This document shows positions 48,172 through 58,680 of a DNA stretch of 64,000 nt, piece by piece. Origin of the DNA: Bacteroidota bacterium (GTDB taxonomy: Bacteria > Bacteroidota > Bacteroidia > Bacteroidales > JAAYUG01). Location of the stretch: positions 28,431-92,430 of the forward strand of contig JAKPTE010000010.1 in the NCBI GenBank assembly GCA_029571215.1. The letters are read 5' to 3'. Positions within the stretch are counted from its first letter, which is position 1. Each line of letters starts with the position of its first letter. Made by a program: the position numbers and the translations under genes. The notes below the pieces were generated by a model that made no database searches, was not told the DNA's origin, and saw nothing but the letters and a program-made list of their open reading frames with translations.

Positions 48172-49194
48172 ATGAGTTTTCTTTCATTATTTCAGGAGAT
48201 TGCGATTGACCTGGGAACGGCAAATACCATTATAATTCATAACGACAAAATTGTTGTTGACGAACCGAGTATTGTTGCCATTGATCAGACTACCGGAAAA
48301 CTGATTGCCATTGGGGAAAAGGCACGGCAGATGCACGGAAAGACGCATGAAAACATAAAAACCATACGGCCTTTAAAAGACGGGGTCATAGCCGATTTCA
48401 ACGCTGCCGAACTGATGATAAGGGGCATGATTAAAATGATCAATCCACGGCAGCGTTTGTTTACACCTTCCCTCCGGATGGTGGTATCCATTCCCTCCGG
48501 CAGTACCGAAGTGGAAGTACGTGCTGTGCGCGATTCATCGGAGCATGCCGGAGGGCGAGATGTTTACATGATCTACGAACCAATGGCTGCTGCCCTTGGA
48601 ATTGGTCTTGATGTGGAAGCTCCTGAAGGAAGTATGGTAGTGGACATCGGGGGAGGTACTACGGAAATAGCTGTCATAGCCCTGGGAGGAATTGTCTGCA
48701 ATGAATCCATCCGGATTGCCGGTGACGGATTTACTGCTGATATACAGACTTATATGCGTCACCAGCATAACATTAAAATCGGTGAACGCACTGCCGAAGA
48801 CATCAAGATCAATGTGGGTTCTGCCCTTCCTGACCTGGATAATCCGCCGCCTGATTTTGTAGTGCGGGGACCCAACCTGATGACCGCCATGCCCATAGAA
48901 ATACCCATCTCGTACCAGGAAATAGCCCATTGCCTCGACAAATCGCTTTCCAAGGTTGAATCGGCGATCATATCCGTTCTGGAAAGAACTCCACCGGAGC
49001 TGTATGCCGATATTGTGAGCAAGGGAATTTACCTGGCCGGAGGAGGTGCTTTGCTCCGCGGCCTCGACAAGCGCCTGACAGATAAAATCAATATACCGTT
49101 CCATGTAGCCGAGGATCCTTTGCATGCCGTTGCGCGAGGCTCCGGTATCGCCCTGAAAAACCTGGAACGTTTCTCTACTTTTTTGATGCGATAA
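48172..49194 (+). CDS. mreB: Rod shape-determining protein MreB
   Basis: Actin-fold motifs are present (IDLGTANT, DIGGGTTE). Confidence 0.97.
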   Translation: MSFLSLFQEIAIDLGTANTIIIHNDKIVVDEPSIVAIDQTTGKLIAIGEKARQMHGKTHENIKTIRPLKDGVIADFNAAELMIRGMIKMINPRQRLFTPSLRMVVSIPSGSTEVEVRAVRDSSEHAGGRDVYMIYEPMAAALGIGLDVEAPEGSMVVDIGGGTTEIAVIALGGIVCNESIRIAGDGFTADIQTYMRHQHNIKIGERTAEDIKINVGSALPDLDNPPPDFVVRGPNLMTAMPIEIPISYQEIAHCLDKSLSKVESAIISVLERTPPELYADIVSKGIYLAGGGALLRGLDKRLTDKINIPFHVAEDPLHAVARGSGIALKNLERFSTFLMR

Positions 49195-49218
49195 ACAGGT
49201 ATATTATGTACTGAAAGA

Positions 49219-50043
49219 ATGAAAGAGCTTTTTCTGATACTCAAACGTTTTTCGCATGTGTTTCTTTTTATCCTGTTTGAGTCGTTAGCTCTAATAATCC
49301 TCTTTCAGAAAAATGACTATCATAGGCCTCTGGCAGTGAATGCATTGCAGAGAATGTCGTATAACTATTATTCGAGGGTGAACAGACTCCGCGAGTATTT
49401 TGCTTTACGTGAAACAAACCGCCAGCTGGCCGAAGAGAATGCCAGGTTGCGCAGTTTGCTTCGAAGTGCCTACCGCGACCCGGGAAAAGGGTTTACTCCA
49501 ATGGCTGATTCCGGGAAACTGCGCCAGTATGAATACATGCACGCGAGGGTGGTGAGCAATTCTGTTACCAGCCAGTACAATTATCTTACTATCGACAAGG
49601 GGAGTGATGATGGAGTAGCTCCTGACATGGCAGTAGCAACTGACAGGGGAGTAGTGGGAATCGTTGTATCCGTCTCGCCGCATTTCTCCCTGGTTATTTC
49701 CTTACTGAACCGCGATCTGAAAGTGAGCGGAAGGCTGCAGGGCAGCCGTGAACCTGGTACTGTTGAATGGCCCGGCCGTTCCTACAAAAGAGTTGTGCTT
49801 AAGGATATTCCTCACGACATCCGCATTTTACCGGGAGATACGGTGGTTACGAGCGGCCTTTCATCCATTTTTCCTGAAAAGTTGTGGATAGGATTTGTCG
49901 AAAAATACCATATTGAAGGAGGCAGTTTTTATTCGGTCGATGTTTTGCTGGCCAATGACTTCAGAAAACTGCAATGGGTGTTTATTATCCGAAACCGCTT
50001 GCGCACCGAACAACTGCAACTTGAATCAGCTTCAGGACGATGA
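49219..50043 (+). CDS. mreC: Rod shape-determining protein MreC
   Basis: Has an N-terminal TM, a coiled coil (RETNRQLAEENARLR) and a beta-domain. It lies between mreB and mreD. Confidence 0.9.
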   Translation: MKELFLILKRFSHVFLFILFESLALIILFQKNDYHRPLAVNALQRMSYNYYSRVNRLREYFALRETNRQLAEENARLRSLLRSAYRDPGKGFTPMADSGKLRQYEYMHARVVSNSVTSQYNYLTIDKGSDDGVAPDMAVATDRGVVGIVVSVSPHFSLVISLLNRDLKVSGRLQGSREPGTVEWPGRSYKRVVLKDIPHDIRILPGDTVVTSGLSSIFPEKLWIGFVEKYHIEGGSFYSVDVLLANDFRKLQWVFIIRNRLRTEQLQLESASGR

Positions 50044-50546
50044 TACGAAGTACCCTGTCATACAGCATAACATTTATCCTAATGGTTCTCGTTCAGGTAT
50101 GGATTCTCAATAATATCCAGCTGAGCGGGTATATCAATCCCTACCTGTATATAATGTTTCTTTTGGTACTTCCTTTTGAGATCTCTTTCTGGATATTGAT
50201 TCCTGCCGGTTTTCTGCTTGGAATCACAATCGATATGTTTATGCACACACCGGGATTGCACGCAGCAGCCACTGTCTTTGCAGCGTTTGTGAGGCCGGGT
50301 GTGCTGTCTCTTATTGCCCCGGGTGACGGATACGACAGCAGCCAGCGTCCACATATTTCCACAATGGGCCTCGGATGGTATCTGCGGTATGTTGTTATTA
50401 TGGTACTGCTCCATCACATGGTACTTTTTTACCTGGAAGTCTTCAGGCTGACAGACTTTTTTTACACCCTGGTGAGGGTTCTGTTAAGTACTTTGTTGAC
50501 TATTCTTCTGATTTTGATAACCGACACATTGGTTTATCGTAAATAA
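50040..50546 (+). CDS. mreD: Rod shape-determining protein MreD
   Basis: 168-aa polytopic membrane protein that overlaps mreC by 4 nt, at the conserved position. Confidence 0.8.
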   Translation: MIRSTLSYSITFILMVLVQVWILNNIQLSGYINPYLYIMFLLVLPFEISFWILIPAGFLLGITIDMFMHTPGLHAAATVFAAFVRPGVLSLIAPGDGYDSSQRPHISTMGLGWYLRYVVIMVLLHHMVLFYLEVFRLTDFFYTLVRVLLSTLLTILLILITDTLVYRK

Positions 50547-50548
50547 CC

Positions 50549-52399
50549 ATGGATCCGTTCAGCAACAGGAAGAAGTTCATTATCATTCTTGCAGCAGCCG
50601 GATTCCTTGCCCTATTCGGTAAACTGTTCTATATTCAGATCATTGACAGTTCCTATAAGGTGTCGGCCGAAAGCAACAGCCAGCGGATAGTAACCAGGTA
50701 TCCGGCCCGTGGGCTTATATATGACCGGACCGGAAAGCTGATTGTCTCCAACCAGGCGGCATACGATGTGCTGGTAAATCCGTCCCAACTTCAGTCTTTT
50801 GATACGGCGGCTCTATGCAAAATGCTCGGGATAACAGTTGATGCTGCCAGGCGTGCCATTGACAGTGCTTTTCGTTTTTCCCGCTATCAGCCATCCGAAT
50901 TTGTTCGGCAGATTTCTGTTCAGGAATATGCAGTGCTTCAGGAGCAGCTGTATAAGTTTCCCGGATTTTTCGTTCAGCCGCGAACACTACGTAAATACCA
51001 TACCTCCGGTTCATCTCATTTGCTGGGGTATGTTGGTGAGGTTGACAAATCAGTTATCAAAAAGGATCCGTATTACCGTATGGGAGACTATATAGGCATC
51101 AGCGGGATTGAAAAGGCCTACGAAGAGGCTCTTCGCGGCAGAAAAGGGCAGGAAGTTTTGCTGGTGGATGTGCATGGACGTGTGAAAGGTTCGTTCGCCG
51201 ACGGGAAATTTGACCGGGATGCCGAAGTGGGAGAGGATCTTTATACTACCATCGACCTTGCCCTTCAGGAATATGGCGAAAAACTCATGCAGAACATGCG
51301 GGGTAGTATTGTTGCAATTGAGCCGCAGACAGGTGAAATTCTTGCTCTTGTTTCTTCTCCCGGATATGATCCTGCCTTACTGGTTGGAAGGGCACGTGCC
51401 GGAAATTATGCGCGACTGGCAAAAGATACACTGAAACCGCTTTTTAACCGTGCCCTCATGGCCAAATATCCTCCCGGTTCCACATTCAAAATTATGAACG
51501 CTCTCATCGGACTTAAGGAGGGCGTAATTGGTACACAGACCGAGTTCGGCTGTAACATGGGTATTCAGATTGGAGGAATGTTCAAGCGATGCCATAGCCA
51601 TGCCTCACCGCTCGATCTGCGCGGAGCCATTCAGAACAGCTGTAACTCCTACTTCTTTTTAACATTCCGGAATATTATTGAAAACCGGAATTACAAAAAT
51701 TCAACAGAAGCCTACAATGCATGGCGCAGGTATGTGATGTCATTCGGGTTTGGTAAGGTTCTGGGAAGCGATCTTCCCAACGAGCTGGGTGGTTTTGTTC
51801 CGGCTGAGGATTATTATAACCGTTACTACGGTAAGAATCGATGGAATGCTTACACAATTATTTCTTTGGGCATCGGACAGGGTGAACTGGGCATTACGCC
51901 CCTGCAAATGGCAAACTATGCTGCCATTATTGCCAATCGCGGATATTACGTCATTCCCCACAGTGTAAAGGAAATCGAAAACAAAACATTGGAAAGGAAG
52001 TTCAGGGAAAGGCACTTCGTAGCCATTGATTCATCCTTGTTTAATCCGATAATCGACGGAATGCAGGGGGCTGTAAATGGCCCCGGAACTGGTACTGCCC
52101 TTATTGCAAGGCTGCCCAATATAATTATTTGCGGGAAAACAGGTACGGCGCAAAATCCACACGGTGCCGATCATTCCATATTTATTGCCTTTGCACCAAG
52201 AGATAATCCGAAAATAGCCCTATCGGTATATGTTGAAAATGGTGGGTTTGGAGCAACCTACGCAGCTCCCGTTGCGAGCCTTATAATTGAGAAATTTCTT
52301 ACGGATACCATTACCCGTCCATGGCTTGAACAGCATGTTTTAAACGCAAATCTCCTATACTACAATGCCCCAAAGAGGAAAAATATGGTCGAAGATTGA
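50549..52399 (+). CDS. mrdA: Penicillin-binding protein 2 (elongasome transpeptidase)
   Basis: Has an N-terminal TM plus STFK (PPGSTFK), SCN (SxN) and KTGT motifs. Confidence 0.93.
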   Translation: MDPFSNRKKFIIILAAAGFLALFGKLFYIQIIDSSYKVSAESNSQRIVTRYPARGLIYDRTGKLIVSNQAAYDVLVNPSQLQSFDTAALCKMLGITVDAARRAIDSAFRFSRYQPSEFVRQISVQEYAVLQEQLYKFPGFFVQPRTLRKYHTSGSSHLLGYVGEVDKSVIKKDPYYRMGDYIGISGIEKAYEEALRGRKGQEVLLVDVHGRVKGSFADGKFDRDAEVGEDLYTTIDLALQEYGEKLMQNMRGSIVAIEPQTGEILALVSSPGYDPALLVGRARAGNYARLAKDTLKPLFNRALMAKYPPGSTFKIMNALIGLKEGVIGTQTEFGCNMGIQIGGMFKRCHSHASPLDLRGAIQNSCNSYFFLTFRNIIENRNYKNSTEAYNAWRRYVMSFGFGKVLGSDLPNELGGFVPAEDYYNRYYGKNRWNAYTIISLGIGQGELGITPLQMANYAAIIANRGYYVIPHSVKEIENKTLERKFRERHFVAIDSSLFNPIIDGMQGAVNGPGTGTALIARLPNIIICGKTGTAQNPHGADHSIFIAFAPRDNPKIALSVYVENGGFGATYAAPVASLIIEKFLTDTITRPWLEQHVLNANLLYYNAPKRKNMVED

Positions 52400-53789
52400 C
52401 TGGCTCACGGCCGTCATTTATCTGATCCTTCTCATAATAGGATGGTTAAATGTTTATGCTGCCGTATACACCGAGAGCCATCATCCTTTGTTTGACATTT
52501 CTACCCGGTATACCCGTCAGTTTCTGTTTATCCTGCTGGCGTTGTTTCTTGCATTCTCAGCCATTCTGATTGAGGTTAACTTTTATACCTTTTTTGCCTA
52601 TGTCATATACGCATTCGGGATTCTTGCACTTGCCGGCGTTCTGGTTGCCGGCAAGGAAATCAACAATGCCAGGTCATGGTACTCGTTCGGATGGTTTAAC
52701 ATTCAACCTTCGGAATTTGCCAAACTTGCGGTATGTTTCGGATTGGCCAAGTTTTACAGTACCTTCAACCTGAAAACTGATACCCTGAGGACAACACTGA
52801 TTGCCGGAGCTCTGATTATTCTGCCGATGCTCCTGATTCTTATGCAGCCTGATACCGGGTCAGCAATAGTTTTTCTGGCTTTCCTCATTCCCATGTACCG
52901 CGAGGGAATGCCTCCGTTTATACTGATTATTGGTATTCTGGCAGGAATTCTCTTTTTTCTGGCCCTGATTCTGGATAAACTGACCATTATTTTACTTCTG
53001 GCTGTTCTTTCAGCTGCCGGCTACTATCTTTGGCAGAAAAAATGGAAAGAGGTTATTGTCGGATTATTCATTCCAGCTGCATTTTGGTTCATTGTGCATC
53101 TGATTGACCGGATTGGTCACCTGGGAGTTTCTTCCTTCTTGCAGTGGACAATAAGTCTGGTAACTGGATTGTTTGTAATTGCCTTTCTTGCAATTCGTTA
53201 CAGGCTCAAAAAAGTGTTTGTAATCCTTGGTATTCTCGTTGCTTCCATTTCGTTTACCTTCTCCGTGGAATATGTTTTTGACCATTTTCTGAATAGCTAC
53301 CAGAAGCAGCGTGTACGTATCATGCTGAACCTTGAGCAGGACCCCCAGGGGGTTGGATACAATCAGAACCAATCAAAAATAGCCATCGGGTCAGGTGGAT
53401 TTTTCGGAAAGGGATTTCTGAAAGGAACACAAAACAAAGGGGAGTTTGTTCCAGAGCAGAGCACCGATTTTATTTTCTGTACCATTGGAGAGGAATGGGG
53501 TTTCCTGGGTTCACTGGTGGTACTGGTTTTGTATGCACTACTGATTTTCCGGCTTTTTCAGATGGCAGAAAAGCAGAGATCACGTTTCAGTCGTTTTTTC
53601 GGATACAGTGTTGCTTCCGTGTTTCTGTTGCACGTTATTGTAAATATTGGAATGGCTATCGGCCTGCTTCCGGTTATAGGAATTCCACTTCCCTTTGTCA
53701 GTTATGGAGGATCTTCTCTCTGGGCCTTTACCCTGATGCTGTTTATTTTCCTTCGTCTGGACGCCAGCCGTCTGGAAATGCTGCGCTGA
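52365..53789 (+). CDS. rodA: Rod shape-determining protein RodA (SEDS family)
   Basis: A polytopic FtsW/RodA/SpoVE-type protein with the conserved C-terminal GLLPVIGIPLPFVSYGGSS. Its only in-frame start overlaps mrdA by 35 nt. Confidence 0.9.
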   Translation: MPQRGKIWSKIDWLTAVIYLILLIIGWLNVYAAVYTESHHPLFDISTRYTRQFLFILLALFLAFSAILIEVNFYTFFAYVIYAFGILALAGVLVAGKEINNARSWYSFGWFNIQPSEFAKLAVCFGLAKFYSTFNLKTDTLRTTLIAGALIILPMLLILMQPDTGSAIVFLAFLIPMYREGMPPFILIIGILAGILFFLALILDKLTIILLLAVLSAAGYYLWQKKWKEVIVGLFIPAAFWFIVHLIDRIGHLGVSSFLQWTISLVTGLFVIAFLAIRYRLKKVFVILGILVASISFTFSVEYVFDHFLNSYQKQRVRIMLNLEQDPQGVGYNQNQSKIAIGSGGFFGKGFLKGTQNKGEFVPEQSTDFIFCTIGEEWGFLGSLVVLVLYALLIFRLFQMAEKQRSRFSRFFGYSVASVFLLHVIVNIGMAIGLLPVIGIPLPFVSYGGSSLWAFTLMLFIFLRLDASRLEMLR

Positions 53790-53794
53790 AGTAT

Positions 53795-54406
53795 TCAGGC
53801 ACGGTTTTCTCTTTTGTGGATAATCCCGACGGCAAAATTTTTTTCAACGTAATTTATCAGATCAGGGAAAAATTCGAAGAATTCCGCAGAGATCTGGTCA
53901 AATTGCGTGCGCAACAGGTTCATGGCAAAATCGGTTTCATCAGGCAAGGATGTTTTTTGACTCATTCCCCGCAGGACCCGTTCAATGCCTGGAAGAGTGC
54001 TGTATGCCATCAACCAGTCGTTTTTTAACAGAGAAGTAATAAAACCCTGCATTCCCTTTGGCAACTGATTGAACCGGGATTCGACCAGATAATAGAAACG
54101 TTCTGTATACCAGGTAAGTTCTTCCGGATAAAATTTATTCCAGTTTATGGCAAGTATATGATCGTACAGAATATCCACAATAACACCGGCATATTTATGA
54201 TAGGCATTGGCAAAACGTAATTTGCTGCGGCGCACAACCGGATGGCTGTCAGTATAAAAATCGATGGCACGATGCAATAAGATGCCTTTCCTTACTTCGC
54301 TGGAGTAATGGTTGTAATCGGCTCCCTTTACGTAATCCCCGATAAAGTTTCCGAATATTACGTCATCCGAATTGCCCGATAAGTATATGTGCGCCAGAAA
54401 GTTCAC
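53795..54406 (-). CDS. acpH: Acyl carrier protein phosphodiesterase
   Basis: The N-terminus MNFLAHIYLSG....GNFIGDYVKG is characteristic of the AcpH family. 203 aa. Confidence 0.8.
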   Translation of the reverse strand: MNFLAHIYLSGNSDDVIFGNFIGDYVKGADYNHYSSEVRKGILLHRAIDFYTDSHPVVRRSKLRFANAYHKYAGVIVDILYDHILAINWNKFYPEELTWYTERFYYLVESRFNQLPKGMQGFITSLLKNDWLMAYSTLPGIERVLRGMSQKTSLPDETDFAMNLLRTQFDQISAEFFEFFPDLINYVEKNFAVGIIHKRENRA

Positions 54407-54595
54407 TGAAAAATTTAGTTAAAACTCAGCAAAAATCATACCTTATTTAACAAAGGTAACATAGTCTGTTTATTTATTAAACTTCTTTTTCCTCTTTTAC
54501 GTTGCGTCAATAGATATGTTTCTTAACATGAGGAAGAAATTGCACGATTTTGTTACGAACATCTATTTTTGAAGACCGTTAAAAATGACAGGTAT

Positions 54596-55939
54596 ATGAA
54601 AGCAAGAAATGTAATAATCATTGGTGCTGCAGGCCGGGATTTTCATAATTTCAATGTGTTGTTCCGTGACAACGAGGACTTCAGGGTCAAAGCGTTTACA
54701 GCGGCCCAGATACCCGATATCGACGGACGTAAATACCCCGCTGAACTGGCAGGAAAACTATACCCCGAAGGAATTCCCATCTACCACGAGTCGGAACTTC
54801 CCGAACTGATAAAGAAACTTGATGCTGATGTTTGTCTTTTCTCATACAGTGATGTGCCCTATACCCGGGTTATGTCGCTGGGTGCTGTTGTCAATGCAGC
54901 AGGGGCTGATTTTATGCTGGCCGGATGGAAGGAAACCATGCTCGTTTCATCCAAACCTGTCATTGCAGTTGGAGCAGTGAGGACAGGGTGCGGAAAGAGC
55001 CAGACTTCCCGCAAGGTTATTGAAATTTTGATGAAAAAAGGATTGCGGGTTGTGGCAGTGCGCCATCCTATGCCTTACGGAAATCTAGCAGAGCAAAAAG
55101 TGCAGCGTTTTTCCGTGCTGGAAGACCTTGAAAAACATCATTGCACCGTTGAGGAAATGGAAGAATATGAACCCCATATCATCAGAGGGAACGTAATTTA
55201 TGCCGGCGTGGACTATGAAGCTATACTGCGTGCTGCCGAAAATGACCCCAAGGGATGTGATGTCATTCTCTGGGACGGAGGGAATAATGATTTTCCCTTC
55301 TACAGGCCTGATCTGATGATAACTGTAGCCGACCCTCTTCGCGCGGGACATGAGGTTTTGTACTATCCGGGCGAAGTAACGATGCGGATTGCCGATGTGG
55401 TGGTGATCAACAAAATTGACACGGCAGATCATCAGGATGTTCTTACCGTACGCAGAAATGTTGAGATGCTGAATCCACGGGCGGTTGTTGTTGACGGGGC
55501 TTCACCTATCCGGGTCGATCATCCTGAAATGATTCGTGGAAAACGTGTTCTTGTGATAGAAGACGGGCCTACCCTGACCCACGGTGAAATGAAAATCGGT
55601 GCCGGTGTGGTTGCTGCCAGACGTTTTGGTGCTGCCGAACTGGTCGACCCAAGACCTTACATTGTGGGGAAGCTCAAAGAAACCTTTGCAACCTATCCTG
55701 GCATCGGAACACTTTTACCAGCCATGGGTTACGGAAAACAACAGCTAGCGGATTTGGAAGCTACCATCAATAAAACTGATTGTGATAGCGTTGTCATCGC
55801 AACACCCATCGATCTGAACCGGATTATAAAAATAAAGAAACCCAGTACACGGGTTTACTATGACCTGCAGGAAATCGGCAAACCCGATCTGGATGAAATC
55901 ATCACCGGGTTTCTTACACAGAAAGGACTTTTAAAGTGA
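54596..55939 (+). CDS. COG2403-type predicted GTPase (cyclic 2,3-diphosphoglycerate synthetase-like)
   Basis: Shows IIGAAGRDFHNFN and a P-loop-like GAVRTGCGKSQ. Start trimmed from the TTG at 54569 to the ATG at 54596. Confidence 0.7.
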   Translation: MKARNVIIIGAAGRDFHNFNVLFRDNEDFRVKAFTAAQIPDIDGRKYPAELAGKLYPEGIPIYHESELPELIKKLDADVCLFSYSDVPYTRVMSLGAVVNAAGADFMLAGWKETMLVSSKPVIAVGAVRTGCGKSQTSRKVIEILMKKGLRVVAVRHPMPYGNLAEQKVQRFSVLEDLEKHHCTVEEMEEYEPHIIRGNVIYAGVDYEAILRAAENDPKGCDVILWDGGNNDFPFYRPDLMITVADPLRAGHEVLYYPGEVTMRIADVVVINKIDTADHQDVLTVRRNVEMLNPRAVVVDGASPIRVDHPEMIRGKRVLVIEDGPTLTHGEMKIGAGVVAARRFGAAELVDPRPYIVGKLKETFATYPGIGTLLPAMGYGKQQLADLEATINKTDCDSVVIATPIDLNRIIKIKKPSTRVYYDLQEIGKPDLDEIITGFLTQKGLLK

Positions 55940-55959
55940 GAGGTTTTCAATGATTTGCG

Positions 55960-55985
55960 GGAGAGTGCCTCGAAAGGCGCTTTCC
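55960..55985. terminator. Hairpin between convergent genes (COG2403 gene and pgi)
   Basis: GGAGAGTGCCT-CGAA-AGGCGCTTTCC forms a stem of about 10 bp with one mismatch and one wobble pair. Confidence 0.45.
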
Positions 55986-55993
55986 TTGCAAAT

Positions 55994-57340
55994 CTACAAC
56001 CGGTTTCTCAGTTTCCTGGATAACTCTTCAAAACCTGGCTTTCCAAGCAGTGCAAACATATTTTTCTTATAGGCCTCAACTCCCGGTTGATCAAACGGAT
56101 TGATTCCCTGCAGATAACCGCTGATTCCGCAGGCAATTTCGAAAAAGTAAATCAGTTCACCTACCGATGACTCAGTGAGTGCAGGAATGGAAATGCGGAT
56201 ATTCGGAACACCACCGTCAACATGCGCGAGCAAAGTGCCGAGTTCGGCCATTTTGTTTACCTCATCGATGCGTTTGTTGCTGATGTAATTTAGTTCATCC
56301 AGGTTAACTTCATCGTGTGGTATACGAAGCGTTTTTGCTGGATTTTCTACTGTGATGACCGATTCGAAAATAGAGCGCATACCTTCTTGCACATATTGCC
56401 CCATGGAATGAAGATCGGTTGTGTAATTCACGCTGGCAGGAAATATCCCTGTGTTATCCTTTCCTTCGCTTTCCCCGTAAAGCTGTTTCCACCATTCGGC
56501 AAACCATACAAGTTTGTGATGAAAACTGGCAAGAATTTCAATGTTTTTCCCGTTTCTGTAAAGCGTGTTCCTGGTGGCAGCATATAAAGCTGAGGGGTTA
56601 TTTTCAAAGGCTGTTTCCGGCGAGGTAGCCATTTCCATAGCACGTGCTCCGTTAACAAGAGCATCAATATCGTGCCCTGCCACTGCAAGAGGAAGCAGTC
56701 CTACCGGAGTGAGAACGGAATACCTTCCTCCTACATCGTCAGGTATGACAAATGTTTTATAGCCCTGGGAATCGGCCAGTTGCTTCAGCGCTCCTCTATG
56801 TGCATCGGTAATGGCAACAATACGGTGTGCAGCAGCATCTTTCCCTACCTTCTTTTCCAGATGCTCTCTGAGAATACGAAAGGCAAGGGCAGGTTCAGTC
56901 GTGGTTCCCGATTTGGAAATAACAGCGATTGCATATGACTTATCTTCAAGTATTTCAAGGAGTTCAGCCATATAGTCTTCGCTAATATTTTGCCCGGCAT
57001 ACAGTAATCGTGGGAAGTCGTTTTTTTTCAGCCAGGGCTGAAAGGAATGGGAAAGAGCTTCATCCACAGCACGGGTGCCTAGATACGACCCGCCAATTCC
57101 GGTCACAACCAGAATTTCTGCTTCATTTTGAAGCATATGGGCTGTTTTTTTCAATTCACTCAGATGATTGTCGGTAATGGAAGAGGGAAGATGCACCCAT
57201 CCCAGGAAATCATTTCCTTTGCCGGTTTTATCATAAAGTGCCTTCAAAGCTTTAATTGCTTCATCACGGCGGCTGAAAACAAGACGTTCCGGAACGTAAT
57301 CAAATACTTTGCTGATGTCAATCTTCAGTGTTGTTGTCAT
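55994..57340 (-). CDS. pgi: Glucose-6-phosphate isomerase
   Basis: 448-aa PGI of the short bacterial type ([23 protein letters not shown]). Confidence 0.95.
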   Translation of the reverse strand: MTTTLKIDISKVFDYVPERLVFSRRDEAIKALKALYDKTGKGNDFLGWVHLPSSITDNHLSELKKTAHMLQNEAEILVVTGIGGSYLGTRAVDEALSHSFQPWLKKNDFPRLLYAGQNISEDYMAELLEILEDKSYAIAVISKSGTTTEPALAFRILREHLEKKVGKDAAAHRIVAITDAHRGALKQLADSQGYKTFVIPDDVGGRYSVLTPVGLLPLAVAGHDIDALVNGARAMEMATSPETAFENNPSALYAATRNTLYRNGKNIEILASFHHKLVWFAEWWKQLYGESEGKDNTGIFPASVNYTTDLHSMGQYVQEGMRSIFESVITVENPAKTLRIPHDEVNLDELNYISNKRIDEVNKMAELGTLLAHVDGGVPNIRISIPALTESSVGELIYFFEIACGISGYLQGINPFDQPGVEAYKKNMFALLGKPGFEELSRKLRNRL

Positions 57341-57450
57341 AAAGTGTGAATTTTAAATTACAAAGGTATAAAATTCATTGCGCAGGGAAGAGAACATACC
57401 AAAAACCTCATACTTTGTGTTTCCGCATGGATAATAATTGAAAAATTCTG

Positions 57451-58680
57451 TCAATAGAGCATGCGGGCACGTATGGTATGCTTAACCGTTTTCAATTCCT
57501 TAAGAATGGTATCATCTATTTGACTGTCCGTATCAATGATGGCATATCCAATATAAGCGTCTGTCTGAAGATATTGAGCGGCAATGTTAATACCATGGGA
57601 TGTGAAAACGTGGTTAATATCCTGTAGAACTCCGGGCAGGTTTCGGTGGATGTGCAGGAACCTCTGCTTATTCCCATTAGGAGGAAGGGAAATTTCGACA
57701 AAGTTGACTGCTCCAATGGTAGAACCAGTGTCGCTGTATTTAACCAGTTTTTCGGCCACCTCCAGTCCTATGTTGGCCTGGGCTTCTGCTGTGCTTCCTC
57801 CTATATGGGGTGTAAGAATGGTATTGGGGAATGGCTGCAGTTCACAACGGAACGGTTCGTCTTCCGAAGAAGGTTCTTCAGGGAAAACGTCTGCTGCGGC
57901 ACCGAGAAGATGGCCTGAAGCAAGGGCATCTGCCACCGCCTTGTAATCTACCACATCTCCCCGGGAAGCGTTGATCAGGTAACTGCCTTTTTTCATGCGG
58001 GCAATCTGAGGAGCGCTGATCATTTTATGCGTCAGTTCTGTTGAAGGAACATGAAGGGTGACAATATCGGCCTGGGCAAGAAGTTCGTCGAGTGATGCCA
58101 CCGGCCGTGCATTTCCCAGGCTGAGCTTTTTCTCAATGTCGTAGTAAATAATGTTCATTCCCAGTGCTTCGGCCAGTATGGAAACCTGGGAACCTATGTG
58201 CCCATAGCCAATGATTCCAAGCGTTTTCCCCCGAATTTCATAGCTGTTTTTAGCGCTTTTAACCCATTTCCCCTGGCGGGCCAGATGGTTTTTTTCTGGA
58301 ATTCTTCTTATCAACATGATGGCTTCGGCAATTACCATCTCAGCCACTGATCGGGTATTGGAAAAAGGTGCATTGAAAACAGGAATGCCAGCAAGGCGGG
58401 CCGAGTGAAGATCAACCTGATTGGTTCCAATGCTGAAACACCCGATGGTTATAAGTTTCCGGGCTTCTCCTATCATATCGGCTGTCAGCTGGGTGCGGCT
58501 TCGAATGCCAATAATATGAACGTCACGGATCTTTTCTCTGAGCTCTTCTTCCGGCAGGGCCGTTTTAATCCAGGTTACATTAGAATAACCGGCATTCTGA
58601 AAACAATGAACGGCGTTCTCATGAATCCCTTCCAGCAAAAGAACCTTAATTTTAGATTTGTCGAGTGAATATTTATGCAT
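57451..58680 (-). CDS. serA: D-3-phosphoglycerate dehydrogenase with a C-terminal ACT domain
   Basis: Has an NAD-binding GIIGYGHIGSQ motif, the catalytic pattern of 2-hydroxyacid dehydrogenases, and an ACT-like last ~75 aa. Confidence 0.93.
   Translation of the reverse strand: MHKYSLDKSKIKVLLLEGIHENAVHCFQNAGYSNVTWIKTALPEEELREKIRDVHIIGIRSRTQLTADMIGEARKLITIGCFSIGTNQVDLHSARLAGIPVFNAPFSNTRSVAEMVIAEAIMLIRRIPEKNHLARQGKWVKSAKNSYEIRGKTLGIIGYGHIGSQVSILAEALGMNIIYYDIEKKLSLGNARPVASLDELLAQADIVTLHVPSTELTHKMISAPQIARMKKGSYLINASRGDVVDYKAVADALASGHLLGAAADVFPEEPSSEDEPFRCELQPFPNTILTPHIGGSTAEAQANIGLEVAEKLVKYSDTGSTIGAVNFVEISLPPNGNKQRFLHIHRNLPGVLQDINHVFTSHGINIAAQYLQTDAYIGYAIIDTDSQIDDTILKELKTVKHTIRARMLY

Noticed and set aside
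48535-49125. 196-aa ORF on the minus strand
   Set aside because: It is an antisense shadow of mreB.
52365-52399. 35-nt overlap between mrdA and rodA as a possible frameshift or fusion site
   Set aside because: Both reading frames are intact with normal termini. The RodA N-terminus (SKIDWLTAVIYL) looks genuine, so a simple overlap is sufficient to explain it.
53495-54028. 177-aa plus-strand ORF spanning the rodA 3' end and acpH
   Set aside because: It is out of frame with rodA and antisense to acpH, and both of those genes are well supported.
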